Assembly: GCA_963702025.1 (NCBI GenBank)
Contig: OY969699.1
Span: 128,001-192,000 of the forward strand
DNA from: an uncultured bacterium
GTDB taxonomy: Bacteria > Babelota > Babeliae > Babelales > Vermiphilaceae
Reading direction: 5' to 3'
DNA: 64,000 nucleotides
The translations under genes were made by a program, and so were the position numbers. The notes under the pieces are model-generated. The model was not told the DNA's origin, did no database searches, and saw only the letters and a program-made list of their open reading frames with translations. Positions within the stretch are counted from its first letter, which is position 1. Each line of letters starts with the position of its first letter. Below, piece after piece: positions 39,574 to 49,697 of this stretch.

Positions 39574-41081
39574 AAAAGCTTATTTTTATGTTTGCTCTCT
39601 GTTTTAATTTTGTAAACATGCGTGGCATCGAAGAAAAAAAGTTCATTATCGTGATCACGAGTTTTAATAATGCCGAATGGTGTGTAAAAAACCTTGAAAC
39701 AATCTTCTTTCAAAAAAATCCTGATAATACTGGTCTCTATGAAAATTATCGTGTAATAATTGTTGATGACTGCTCGTTAGATGGTAACGCTGAATATATT
39801 GAACGGTATGGCTATGCCTGCAATCAACAACATCGAGTAACCTTAATCAAAAACAAAACACGCAAAAGAGCGCTTGCCAATCTTTATTATGCATTGCAAA
39901 TGTGTGAGCCCGATGCAATTGTCTATAATTATGATGGTGATGACTTTCTGGCGGATGATCAGGTTTTTGCCTTAATTAATACCATTTATGAAGATCCGAA
40001 TGTGTGGATCACCTACGGCTCCTTTATTAATTGGCCAACAAATCAAATGGGATATTGCAAACCATTTCCGGATGAATACTGGCAAAAACAACTGTTTCGC
40101 AAAAAATGGTGGATGCCGGGGCAACTGCGCACGTTTTACGCATCACTGTTTCATCAAGTGAAACTCAAGGATCTCTTTTTTGAAGGGCCCTATTTTCAGG
40201 GCCAATTTTTCCCGGCAAATTCCGATCTTGCCGTTTATTATCCGATGATGGAAATGGCCGGCCCGCATTTCAAATTTATCCCCGATGTTATTTATATTCG
40301 CAATGTGGCCACACCAATTAATGATTTTAAGGCCAACAAAGATGTGCAAGTTCTTGGCAGTAAACTGATTCGTGAAAAGCAGCCCTACTCATATATCGAA
40401 TCACCGCGCTTTGACTATTTCAAACAATTTGAAAATCAAACCGCTGATCTCATTGTTTTCACTGAAAATCCTGATCTCGCGCAAAAACTTATAAGCTCAT
40501 GCGATCGGCTTATGCGCAACTACGCTCATATTCATCTCTTCTATCAGCAGGCGGCGCACACTGAAACTGCCTACCAAAAAATCGCTACGCAAAATGCTAC
40601 GGTGCAGTTGCACCCAATAACCGCCAATACTTGCAAAGATGAACTTCTTGCGACACTTGCTCATGGACAACCGTATATTCTTTTTGCCCATGATGGCGCG
40701 GTGCTCAGCAAATATACCGATTGTGCCGACTGTATTCTTGCGCTGGAAAAGGCATTTGCTTATGGATTTTATTTAAGTCTGGGAACCCAGAATTCAATTT
40801 CAGGCCAAACCGGCATGAAACAACCCATACCGGCACTCAATGAAATAAATAATACTATGTATGCATGGGCATTCCATTATGCCGATTCGGGTGATTGGCG
40901 CTGCTACAATAATTTAGATTTAACGCTCTATCGCACAACTACAGTGCGTGAACAACTGCAAGAATTGCAATTTACCAATCATCATGAGCTTTTTAGAGAG
41001 TGGTCGAAAATACCACTTGACCTTGAACAGGTTGGGCTTTGTTATGAACAGAGCAAAGTTGGCTATATAACGTGGCATTGA
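39567..41081 (+). CDS. GT2 glycosyltransferase with signal peptide and second GT-like domain
   Basis: VITSFN, VDDCSLDG, YDGDD, QLRTF; C-terminal domain with YILFAHD. Confidence 0.8.
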   Translation: MVKKLIFMFALCFNFVNMRGIEEKKFIIVITSFNNAEWCVKNLETIFFQKNPDNTGLYENYRVIIVDDCSLDGNAEYIERYGYACNQQHRVTLIKNKTRKRALANLYYALQMCEPDAIVYNYDGDDFLADDQVFALINTIYEDPNVWITYGSFINWPTNQMGYCKPFPDEYWQKQLFRKKWWMPGQLRTFYASLFHQVKLKDLFFEGPYFQGQFFPANSDLAVYYPMMEMAGPHFKFIPDVIYIRNVATPINDFKANKDVQVLGSKLIREKQPYSYIESPRFDYFKQFENQTADLIVFTENPDLAQKLISSCDRLMRNYAHIHLFYQQAAHTETAYQKIATQNATVQLHPITANTCKDELLATLAHGQPYILFAHDGAVLSKYTDCADCILALEKAFAYGFYLSLGTQNSISGQTGMKQPIPALNEINNTMYAWAFHYADSGDWRCYNNLDLTLYRTTTVREQLQELQFTNHHELFREWSKIPLDLEQVGLCYEQSKVGYITWH

Positions 41082-41167
41082 TTTCTTCAGCCTTTTATAA
41101 TTATGTACTTCGGTTATAGTAATTAAAAAGATGTTGAATTGAGAAATTAATATTAACTAAAAAAAGA

Positions 41168-41258
41168 CCCTTCGATACGCGGAAAACCGCTACTCAGGGC
41201 GAGCGGATCTCTCCCCGTTCGTGGTGAGTGATTGCGTTAGCAATCGTATCGAACCATG
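41168..41258. repeat. REP-like palindromic doublet
   Basis: cccttcgatac-gcgg-aaaa-ccgc-tactcagggcgagcgg and ccgttcgtggtgagt-gattgc-gtta-gcaatc-gtatcgaaccatg. Confidence 0.8.
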
Positions 41259-41326
41259 TTTTGCAATATTTAAAGCATCAATCTCGCAATTCGACTTAAA
41301 AAAAGATAGTTTTATAGGAATCTCAC

Positions 41327-41842
41327 ATGAAAAAGTTATATGCTCCCTGGCGCGATTCATATGCCGGCGCAACAGACAAAACAAAAGAAGAAAATGCTCA
41401 ATCGCATGAATGTGTTTTTTGTGAATTTATTACAGAAAATAACGATGAAAAAAATTTTATATTACAACGCTCCGCGCATTGCTTTGTAATTTTGAACAAG
41501 TATCCCTACAATGCGGGCCATCTCATGGTGTTGCCGCTCAAGCACACAAAAAATCTTGCCGACCTAAGCAAAGAGGCACGGCATGAAATTATTGATGTGA
41601 TAGATCATTGCATGACAAGCGTAGAAAAAGTTTTGAAAGCAGAAGGATTAAACATCGGGTTAAATATCGGCCGCGCTTCTGGTGCCGGAATCCCAAGCCA
41701 TATGCATTGGCATATTTTACCACGTTGGAACGGCGACACTAACTTTTTACCGGCACTGGCCGATGTAAAAGTGGTTTCATTTGATTTAAAAGAAATTTAT
41801 GATTTGCTGAAGCCTGCATTTAAAAATCATACGATAAGTTGA
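41327..41842 (+). CDS. HIT-domain hydrolase (Ap4A phosphorylase-like)
   Basis: LYAPWR, CVFC, LNKYPYNAGHLMV, HMHWHILPRW.GD. Confidence 0.92.
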   Translation: MKKLYAPWRDSYAGATDKTKEENAQSHECVFCEFITENNDEKNFILQRSAHCFVILNKYPYNAGHLMVLPLKHTKNLADLSKEARHEIIDVIDHCMTSVEKVLKAEGLNIGLNIGRASGAGIPSHMHWHILPRWNGDTNFLPALADVKVVSFDLKEIYDLLKPAFKNHTIS

Positions 41843-42114
41843 TCTTCTTCAGTTTGCATTGCTTGAATATTCAGACGAACAAAAAGCACTTTAACCATGC
41901 TTGCAACTCTGAGATATAATTCAGGATTTTGTTCACGAAATTCGTCGTTATTTAACAAAGCAACCAAACGCATCAGTTCATTGCGATCAACCGTTTTTAC
42001 TTGTTCTTGTTGCAGAGCTGCGATTTCTTCTGGAGTTTCTGCAATTTCTAATGCATTAACCTGACTTATGAAAGCTGAGAGTAAAAGAGCCAAAAAAGCA
42101 ATATTTTTCAACAT
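41827..42114 (-). CDS. Small exported hypothetical protein
   Basis: Signal peptide MLKNIAFLALLLSAFISQVNA, RBS AAGG and TTGATT...TAAGCT promoter upstream. Confidence 0.6.
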   Translation of the reverse strand: MLKNIAFLALLLSAFISQVNALEIAETPEEIAALQQEQVKTVDRNELMRLVALLNNDEFREQNPELYLRVASMVKVLFVRLNIQAMQTEEDQLIV

Positions 42115-42280
42115 TTTATACCTTTTGTTTCCTAGGAAAAACTTATGTTCTAATAATAAGCTTACAAGCTATTTTTTAGAAAATCAATAATATTTCAGCC
42201 TGAAAATATCGCGATGTTGAACTTATAGTATTTTAATGTCATATTAATTTCATATCAATGGCAGAAACAAGAGGATTATT

Positions 42281-43360
42281 ATGTTTAAGCCCGTATTTAC
42301 CATAACCCCGGAAATCGCTTTAATTCTTATGCACATTGAAGCAGTCAAGCAAGAAATAAAAACTCTTCCCATCACGCCGCGCATGTTGGAAAGTTTGCGC
42401 GAAAGTGCCCGTTTAGCTTCAACCAGATATTCAACCTATATTGAAGGGAATCGTTTAACACAGGAACAAATAGATCTGGTTATCCATCATGATCAAAAAA
42501 TTCCTGGCAGAGCCCGAGAGGAAAAAGAGGTGTTGGGATATTATGCTGCTCTTGAAGAACTTGAAAAAATATCAGCACAAAAACAGCCGATCACCCAAGA
42601 AACGATTCAATTACTCCATGCATTAGTTATGGGAGGGGGTGCCCTAAAAGTTAAACCTACCCCCTATCGTGAAATGCAGAATGTTATTCGCGATAGTTCA
42701 ACCGGAAAAATCGTATATCTTCCCCCTGAAGCAAAAGATGTGCCTGAACTTATGCAAGATTTAGTAAATTGGCTAAAAACTCAAAAAAAAGATTTATTGC
42801 CAGATCCTTTACGCGCAGCAATTGCCCATTATCAATTTGCTACAATCCATCCTTATATTGACGGCAATGGCAGAACTGCTCGTTTGCTTGCCACCCTTAT
42901 TTTATATAAAGGAGGATATGATTTGAAAGGCATCTATTCTTTGGAAGAATACTATGCAAAAGATCTTGCATCCTATTATCAAGCGCTGGATATAGGCCCC
43001 TCTCATAATTACTATCTTGGGCGCGCCGATGCTGATATTACACCATGGATAACCTATTTTTGCTCTGGAATGCTTGAAAGCTTTCAAAAAGTAAAAGAGC
43101 ATGCTCTTCTTGCGCAGTCGACAAAAGATATAAGTAGGGAGTTAAAATCGCTTGATCCTCGTCAACGCAAAGCTCTTGCGCTATTCAGAAAAAAAACGGC
43201 AATTACCAGCCAAGACATTAAAAAGCTTTTCAAGCTGAAATCCAGAACAGCCAGACAGCTTTGCTCTTCCTGGCTTCAAAAGGGGTTTCTCGTTATCATC
43301 GATCCAGCTAAAAGAACACGTAAATATGGCATAAATCAAACCTATAGAAACTTATTATAA
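42281..43360 (+). CDS. Fic-family protein with C-terminal HTH
   Basis: STYIEGN inhibitory motif and HPYIDGNGRTAR Fic motif. Confidence 0.93.
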   Translation: MFKPVFTITPEIALILMHIEAVKQEIKTLPITPRMLESLRESARLASTRYSTYIEGNRLTQEQIDLVIHHDQKIPGRAREEKEVLGYYAALEELEKISAQKQPITQETIQLLHALVMGGGALKVKPTPYREMQNVIRDSSTGKIVYLPPEAKDVPELMQDLVNWLKTQKKDLLPDPLRAAIAHYQFATIHPYIDGNGRTARLLATLILYKGGYDLKGIYSLEEYYAKDLASYYQALDIGPSHNYYLGRADADITPWITYFCSGMLESFQKVKEHALLAQSTKDISRELKSLDPRQRKALALFRKKTAITSQDIKKLFKLKSRTARQLCSSWLQKGFLVIIDPAKRTRKYGINQTYRNLL

Positions 43361-43440
43361 CCATTTTTAACCTTGACATTGCTCCATTTTATTGTATATT
43401 AGAAAATAATAGATAAAAATAGATCAAAATGGAGTTAATT

Positions 43441-44121
43441 ATGTCACTTTTTAACAAGATCCTTATTGCTAGCTTTGCAGTACTTTGTGCCGTTGGTTCT
43501 CAATCAATTTCTGCCATGGAAACTGATAAAAATGCTCTTGCATTTTCGCATTTAAAACCTTTTTACCAAGAATTAGACAGTTTTAGGAAAGATGAAACAA
43601 AAGTAACATTTTCTATTCATACAATTAATGAAACAATTAATCAAACCGAAATCCTCTATGGTGCCTATCTGCACGATGCACACAATACTAAACTTGGATC
43701 ATGCAAAATAAAATATAACCCCCAAACCCGCGTAGCATTTTGCTATAGTTTATGGGTACATCAAAACGATCGGCAACAAGGGATCGGAACATATCTGGCT
43801 GCGATGGTTGCAAAATTCTTAGCATCATATGATTGCCGGGGCATAGCATGGCATGTTGAGCCACATGATTTGAGAGATGGGGAACAAAAAGATCAGATGA
43901 TGTCTAAATTAATCAAATTCTATGAAGCACTCGGCGCAACATATTACAAAGATTTAAATTGTATGTTTTTTGATATACAACAACAAACAGATATAAAAGC
44001 GCTCATTCGAGCAGTGACCCTTGCAAATCACGTTGCGCAATCCGATCAACCGGATACCGTTATGCCGGAAAAAGCATACGGCAGAATTAATATAGTGTTA
44101 AATCACTTACAAAATAGATAA
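43441..44121 (+). CDS. Secreted GNAT-like acetyltransferase with two C-terminal PTS2-like motifs
   Basis: Signal peptide ending ISA-ME; LWVHQNDRQQGIGTYL (acetyl-CoA motif A), LIKFYEALGA (motif B); RAVTLANHV and RINIVLNHL. Confidence 0.75.
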   Translation: MSLFNKILIASFAVLCAVGSQSISAMETDKNALAFSHLKPFYQELDSFRKDETKVTFSIHTINETINQTEILYGAYLHDAHNTKLGSCKIKYNPQTRVAFCYSLWVHQNDRQQGIGTYLAAMVAKFLASYDCRGIAWHVEPHDLRDGEQKDQMMSKLIKFYEALGATYYKDLNCMFFDIQQQTDIKALIRAVTLANHVAQSDQPDTVMPEKAYGRINIVLNHLQNR

Positions 44122-44139
44122 GGAATTTTGGAGGTTATT

Positions 44140-44789
44140 ATGAAATTAAGAATGATAATTGTAACGCTAACTCTCATTGTCACACAATCCATTTTTGGCA
44201 TGGCGCAGCACCAAGCGCTTAATCGCGCACGCCAGATTGTTGGCCATCTGCAGCAACCAAGGCAGCCAAGTGCACCAGGATATCAGCCACATGAAAAGCT
44301 CATGTTGCCCATGGCATGTGCCGGTAGTATAGAAGGTTGTGTGGAGGGTTGGATACATGAAAAAGTTATCTCCGATAAAAAAACACAACAGCCAATTGCC
44401 TGTATTCACCTTTTTGTTGAAGATGATAATTCATCATCTACCAAATTTACCGCTTCACTTTCAATGCCAACTCAGCATAACATTGGGTCAGCAATGGTTA
44501 CTTATCATAAAAAAAATAACACTTTAGAGCTGGAACTTTTAACGGTAAATACTGATTTTCGTGGCAAAGGTTATGGTAGCATGCTCCTTGCCTCTGTTAA
44601 AAATCTTGCTCGCCATCTTGGCTGTAAAGAAATCACCGGCACCGCAGCTCCGTATGCACTTAAAGAAGGTGAAACAAAAAGCAAAATCTTCCAAAATTGA
44701 TCAAATTATACCGTTCATTCGGCGCCAAACTAGATGGCAAAGCTACTGCGATCGAAGCGCCGATGAAGATCAGTCTGCAAAAGAAATGA
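44140..44789 (+). pseudogene. Secreted GNAT-like acetyltransferase with N-terminal PTS2-like motif, interrupted by a 1-nt frameshift near 44680
   Basis: LTVNTDFRGKGYGSML motif A; motif B (LPKLIKLYRSFGAKL...) continues in another frame to TGA 44787-89, aligning with MSKLIKFYEALGA of the neighbour; could also be a sequencing error. Confidence 0.7.
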
Positions 44790-44905
44790 AGGCTAGTGCC
44801 AAGCCGCTTCATTTGAGCAGCAGCTTAAAAATTGATTGATCCCCAAAAAAGCGGTACTATTTTTGATAATAAATTACAAAAACTGACGCTTTTAAGGGAT
44901 ACTCA

Positions 44906-47509
44906 ATGACATCCGATCAAATACGCCAAAAGTTTTTCGATTTTTTCATCAAACGGGGCCACACTCAGGTTGCCAGCTCGTCATTGATTCCCGCCCAAGA
45001 TCCAAGTTTACTTTTTACCAATGCAGGGATGAATCAGTTCAAAGATGTCTTCTTGGGTAAAGAAAAACGAAGCTATACCCGCGCAGTGTCCATTCAAAAA
45101 TGTGTGCGGGCCGGCGGTAAACACAATGATTTGGAAAACGTTGGCTTTACCAAGCGACATCTAACCTTTTTTGAAATGATGGGCAACTTCTCATTTGGTG
45201 ATTATTTTAAGAAAGATGCCATCCATTTTGCCTGGGATTTTCTGGCCAAAGAGATGAATCTTCCGACTGAAAAATTACATGCCACTGTCTATAAAACTGA
45301 CGATGAAGCATACGATATTTGGCATAAAGAAATTGGTATACCTGCTGATCGTATGCATCGCCTTGGTGAAAAAGACAACTTTTGGCAGATGGGTGAAACC
45401 GGCCCTTGTGGCCCTTGCACCGAAATTCACATTGATCGCGGCCCTGAATTTGGCTGCAAAGAGATTAAAAACTGTGGCCCGGCATGCGATTGCGATCGCT
45501 TCTTGGAAATCTGGAACTTAGTGTTCATGCAATTTGATCGCCAACCGGATGGCGCGGATAAGCCGCTCAAACAGACCGGCGTTGATACGGGTATGGGCAT
45601 TGAACGCTTGTGTGTTGTTGTCCAAAATAAAGACTCGGTATATCAAACTGATCTTTTTACACCAATTATTGAGCGCATAGAAAAACTCTCGGGTAAAAAA
45701 TATGCTGAACAAAATGATCAAACAAAAGCAGCATTTCATGTTCTTGCCGATCACATTCGTTCATCAACCATGATTATTGCCGATGGCGGCGCTCCCTCGA
45801 ATGAAGGGCGCGGCTATGTCTTGCGTAAAATAATCCGCCGCGCAGCATTGTTTGCTCAAAAATTAACCTCCGAGAATATTTTCCCTGAACTTTCACGGGT
45901 AGTTATTGAACAATTGGGGGCTATTTATCCTGAGCTCAATACCAATGCAACGCTCATTTATAAAATTTTAGACAGTGAAATTAGTAAATTCTCGGCAAAC
46001 TTAACTCGGGGGCAAGCTATCTTAGAAAAATATTTCCAAGATCATCCAAAGGAAAAAATTGTCACCGGATCACAAGCATTTAAATTATATGACACCTATG
46101 GCTTCCCTATCGAACTTATTCGCGTAATGGCGCAAGAAAAGGGCTTTACCGTTGATGATGCGGGCTTTGAAATAGAAATGGCAAAACAACAAGAACAATC
46201 AGGTAAAAAAACAACCATTGATGAACTCAATTATCTGCTGCCCGATTCAGTAACCACAGAATTTACCGGTTATCAGGAACTGCAAACAAGTTCACCCATC
46301 ACTCATTTAATTTATGAAGATAAGCTCGTTGATAGTGTGCCGGCCGGCTCGCTATGTTGGGTGATCACACAAAAATCCCCTTATTTTATCGTTGGGGGCG
46401 GGCAAGTGCCCGATCAAGGAACAATCACCATTCAGGGAGTTGAAACTCCTCTCCTGCAAGTCCGCTATATTAATAATGCAATAGGCATACATATTAAAAC
46501 GCCCGTTGCCCTAAAAGTGGGCCAAACAATTACGAGCTCGGTTGATCCGGTATGGCGCACCAATGCGATGAAAAATCATACCGCAACCCACTTACTGCAA
46601 TCAGCGTTAATTACGTTATTTGGCAAACAGATCAAACAATCCGGTTCGTTGGTACATCCTGACTATTTGCGCTTTGATTTTACCTATCATGAAAATTTAA
46701 GCGCAGCAGATTTGCAAAAAGTAGAAGATTTAGTAAATGAAAAAATAAGACAAAATATTCCGCTTAAGATAGAATATCTGCCGCTCACTGAAGCGGTAAA
46801 GCGCGGCGCCTTGGCTTTCTTTGGCGATAAATATAATCCTGAAAAAGTACGTTTGGTGGATGTTCCCGGCTTCTCTCAAGAGCTATGCGGCGGCACTCAC
46901 GTGCGCGCAACAGGAGACATTGGAGTCTTTAAAATTACTGATATGAGTGCTCTCTCAGCAGGACATCGCCGCATTACGGCAATAACGGGGCCACGCGCGC
47001 TTGAACTGTTTCAAGAAACATTTGCCATCGTAAAAAGCCTTAGTCAGGATTTTAAGGTTCAAAAAGAACAGGTTTTAGATGCTGTAGCAAAAGAAAAAGA
47101 GACCTTCAAAAAAATGCAAATGCATCTTAAACACCTCAAAAAACAATTATTTGCATTACAAATACCAGCATGGCTTGAGCAGGTTCAAACAATTAATGGA
47201 TTACCTTTCCTTTATCAATCAATAACTGATGCATCCAATGAAGAAATAAAAGAGATTGCGCAACAATTGAGTCAAAAAAAATCAGGGCTCTATTTCTTGT
47301 CCAGCTGCACGGATGATAAAACTATTTTTGTCGCCCAGCTGAGTCCTACAATTAAAAATATTGATATCAAAAAACTTGCTCATCACTTACAAGAAAAGTA
47401 TGGCATCCGCGGGGGCGGATCGAGCACCTTTTTGCAAGGTGGGGCCAATCAACTGCCACAATCGTTAAAAGAGGATTTAAAAGAATGGTTAGAAAAAATA
47501 TCTGCCTAG
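44906..47509 (+). CDS. alaS: Alanine--tRNA ligase
   Basis: LLFTNAGMNQFK, RHLTFFEMMGNFSFGDYFK, DTGMGIER, HTATHLL, ELCGGTHV, RGGG. Confidence 0.99.
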   Translation: MTSDQIRQKFFDFFIKRGHTQVASSSLIPAQDPSLLFTNAGMNQFKDVFLGKEKRSYTRAVSIQKCVRAGGKHNDLENVGFTKRHLTFFEMMGNFSFGDYFKKDAIHFAWDFLAKEMNLPTEKLHATVYKTDDEAYDIWHKEIGIPADRMHRLGEKDNFWQMGETGPCGPCTEIHIDRGPEFGCKEIKNCGPACDCDRFLEIWNLVFMQFDRQPDGADKPLKQTGVDTGMGIERLCVVVQNKDSVYQTDLFTPIIERIEKLSGKKYAEQNDQTKAAFHVLADHIRSSTMIIADGGAPSNEGRGYVLRKIIRRAALFAQKLTSENIFPELSRVVIEQLGAIYPELNTNATLIYKILDSEISKFSANLTRGQAILEKYFQDHPKEKIVTGSQAFKLYDTYGFPIELIRVMAQEKGFTVDDAGFEIEMAKQQEQSGKKTTIDELNYLLPDSVTTEFTGYQELQTSSPITHLIYEDKLVDSVPAGSLCWVITQKSPYFIVGGGQVPDQGTITIQGVETPLLQVRYINNAIGIHIKTPVALKVGQTITSSVDPVWRTNAMKNHTATHLLQSALITLFGKQIKQSGSLVHPDYLRFDFTYHENLSAADLQKVEDLVNEKIRQNIPLKIEYLPLTEAVKRGALAFFGDKYNPEKVRLVDVPGFSQELCGGTHVRATGDIGVFKITDMSALSAGHRRITAITGPRALELFQETFAIVKSLSQDFKVQKEQVLDAVAKEKETFKKMQMHLKHLKKQLFALQIPAWLEQVQTINGLPFLYQSITDASNEEIKEIAQQLSQKKSGLYFLSSCTDDKTIFVAQLSPTIKNIDIKKLAHHLQEKYGIRGGGSSTFLQGGANQLPQSLKEDLKEWLEKISA

Positions 47510-47763
47510 GACTCATATTAACAACTGCTATAGCCTCAACAACTTTTAGCATGGTTATTGAACGCGAATTGCGTCAACTAAACCGAAAGCGACAAACGGA
47601 AGAAATTGAAAGGAAAATTGCTTTGCAAAATAGAAAAACAACTAACTTTTCAAGCAAAAGAAATCCGTCCAGAAATTGCCTTGCATTATTAGATTGGTTC
47701 ATCTCACATTACACCTACGCAAATATACAGCCCAACGTTCATCCGGTCATGAATGAATGGTAA
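47485..47763 (+). CDS. Small hypothetical exported protein
   Basis: Signal-like N-terminus ending TFS-M; overlaps alaS stop. Confidence 0.45.
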   Translation: MVRKNICLGLILTTAIASTTFSMVIERELRQLNRKRQTEEIERKIALQNRKTTNFSSKRNPSRNCLALLDWFISHYTYANIQPNVHPVMNEW

Positions 47764-47768
47764 CCGTC

Positions 47769-48194
47769 ATGCGCTATATTTTTCTTATATCTGCTCTTTT
47801 TTTTGTGCCGCTATCAGGAATGGAAAATCCTGAGCCTATCTTAAATGAAGCGCTCGAAATTCAAGAATTCACATGGCCGGTACGCAAACAAATAGTATTG
47901 CACACCCAAGACATTAATACATTAATGGACAAATGTGCCGGCAAAAAAAGAGAACCACCTCATACCGCCTGTTGTGATAAACATTCAACAATCTATGCCA
48001 ATGCAAAAGAATATTTACGGGGTATTAAACATCTTTTAGACAGAATAATCCTTGAATGCGATAAAATACGTGCACATCATGGTAACTATCAGGAACATTT
48101 TGAACGCGCACGGCTCTTGTTATGGCAATCGTATGAAAAAGCAGAAAAATATGCCGAAATACAGGATACTTTAAAAGAAAAATTCTCATCATAG
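47769..48194 (+). CDS. Secreted helical protein (GME family; distant paralog of the next two)
   Basis: MRYIFLISALFFVPLSG-MEN; QEFTWPVRK resembles QNFVCPMRK. Confidence 0.6.
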   Translation: MRYIFLISALFFVPLSGMENPEPILNEALEIQEFTWPVRKQIVLHTQDINTLMDKCAGKKREPPHTACCDKHSTIYANAKEYLRGIKHLLDRIILECDKIRAHHGNYQEHFERARLLLWQSYEKAEKYAEIQDTLKEKFSS

Positions 48195-48261
48195 AGCATT
48201 TTTCTTATTGGTCTCACTATTTTTTATGATTTGCAAGAGTGCTGGAGTGTTCATTTCAAGA

Positions 48262-48843
48262 TCAAAGTTTTTTTTGTCCCTCATTAAACTTTTGTTCCTC
48301 AAGGCGGGCATTTATCTCAAGCATTAACGCAATCCGCGCGACCATAAGATCTCGATTACTTTTTTGCAGCTCTTCAATTTGCCGAGAAGATGATTGTGTT
48401 AGTAGTGTTAGATCGGAAATCCCTTGCTGATCTATCGCAAACTCATTAAGAGATTTTTTCATAAATTTTATTAGATTATTACGACACGCCGTTACAGATT
48501 CTAAATCTTTAATCTCGTTCTCAAGCACCGTTTCAAGATCTTTAGATGGTTCTGTATCACATGCTTCAGCTGCCATTGCATGATTAAGTAGACTCATATT
48601 ATATAGATTGGCTAATGTCCCCATGTCTGAACAAACTCTTTCAAAGATCTGGTCTTCACGTTGCTGTATTTGTGGGTTTTTTAGTCCGACAATACGAATT
48701 TTTCTCATTGGACATACAAAATTCTGGGCAGACTCCATAACAATATGAGCAATCTCAGTTTGAGAGTCCTTATCTTTTTCTCCTTCCATGGCATATGCGA
48801 GAGATACTGTTAAAGCAAGCGTTAAGCTCATTAATTTCTTCAT
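48262..48843 (-). CDS. Secreted coiled-coil protein (AME family)
   Basis: MKKLMSLTLALTVSLAYA-MEG; paralog of 49000..49626. Confidence 0.65.
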   Translation of the reverse strand: MKKLMSLTLALTVSLAYAMEGEKDKDSQTEIAHIVMESAQNFVCPMRKIRIVGLKNPQIQQREDQIFERVCSDMGTLANLYNMSLLNHAMAAEACDTEPSKDLETVLENEIKDLESVTACRNNLIKFMKKSLNEFAIDQQGISDLTLLTQSSSRQIEELQKSNRDLMVARIALMLEINARLEEQKFNEGQKKL

Positions 48844-48999
48844 ACAAGCCCCCTTCTGAAATATTTATAAATTATTTTAATTATGATTACTAAATTTATG
48901 AAAAAAAATCAGATTATTTTTTCGATCATTGTAATAGCTTGATCGATTTTTTCAGTAAGTAAAATAGAGGACGACCGATGCCAAATCTTCGAATGATCT

Positions 49000-49626
49000 T
49001 TACGACATCGCTTCTTTTTTGTTTTGTACCTGCTCATCAAATTCGTCAAGAATTGCATGCTCTTCTAGCGTTAAAGCAAGAAGCAGTGTTAGTCGGTTAT
49101 GAATATTTAATCTTTGGTCTTGGATCAATTTGGGAAGTTTACTCAAAGCAGACGACTGAAGTTCTTTACCGAAAAGATCTCCTTCCTCAGGATACAGACT
49201 CTTCATTGTGGCTTCTACAGATATCATACCCTGAAAAATATCCTTTTCAATTTCTTCAGCGTGTTTTGTAAGGATGGTTTTAATATCTTTTGACTTATTA
49301 ATATTATGTTCTGCGATAGCATTCTCATAAGTCATGGTTGCCATGGCAAATAGATTTGTATATAATTTTTTTTCAGTTAAATTTTGCAAAATCTTTTCTT
49401 TTCTTTTTTTTATTTCAGGATCCATTCGATTAAATTCAAAATTAGTTACCGGACATTCGAGTGTTTGCCCGTAGATATGTCCTTGAGAAGTTTTAGTAGA
49501 TTTATTGTCTACTTCAAATTCCCCTTTAGTCGCTTCGATTTTTTTAGAAATCTCGGGATTCTTTTCTTCCATGGCGCAAAGATGAGGGATAATCACTACC
49601 AATCCTATAGTCATTAATTTTTTCAT
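49000..49626 (-). CDS. Secreted coiled-coil protein (AME family)
   Basis: MKKLMTIGLVVIIPHLCA-MEE; CPV...PEIKKRKEKIL...NLFAMA aligns with CPM...PQIQQREDQIF...NLYNMS. Confidence 0.65.
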   Translation of the reverse strand: MKKLMTIGLVVIIPHLCAMEEKNPEISKKIEATKGEFEVDNKSTKTSQGHIYGQTLECPVTNFEFNRMDPEIKKRKEKILQNLTEKKLYTNLFAMATMTYENAIAEHNINKSKDIKTILTKHAEEIEKDIFQGMISVEATMKSLYPEEGDLFGKELQSSALSKLPKLIQDQRLNIHNRLTLLLALTLEEHAILDEFDEQVQNKKEAMS

Positions 49627-49697
49627 AATGGATCCTTTTTAAAACAATATTAAAAAAATTTTGATTAAGATTTACCAAAATTATAAAAAAAAATATA

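Noticed and set aside
44718..44733. FGAKL in the restored frame of GNAT-2 as PTS1
   Set aside because: It is internal (followed by DGKAT...), part of GNAT motif B; PTS1 must be C-terminal.
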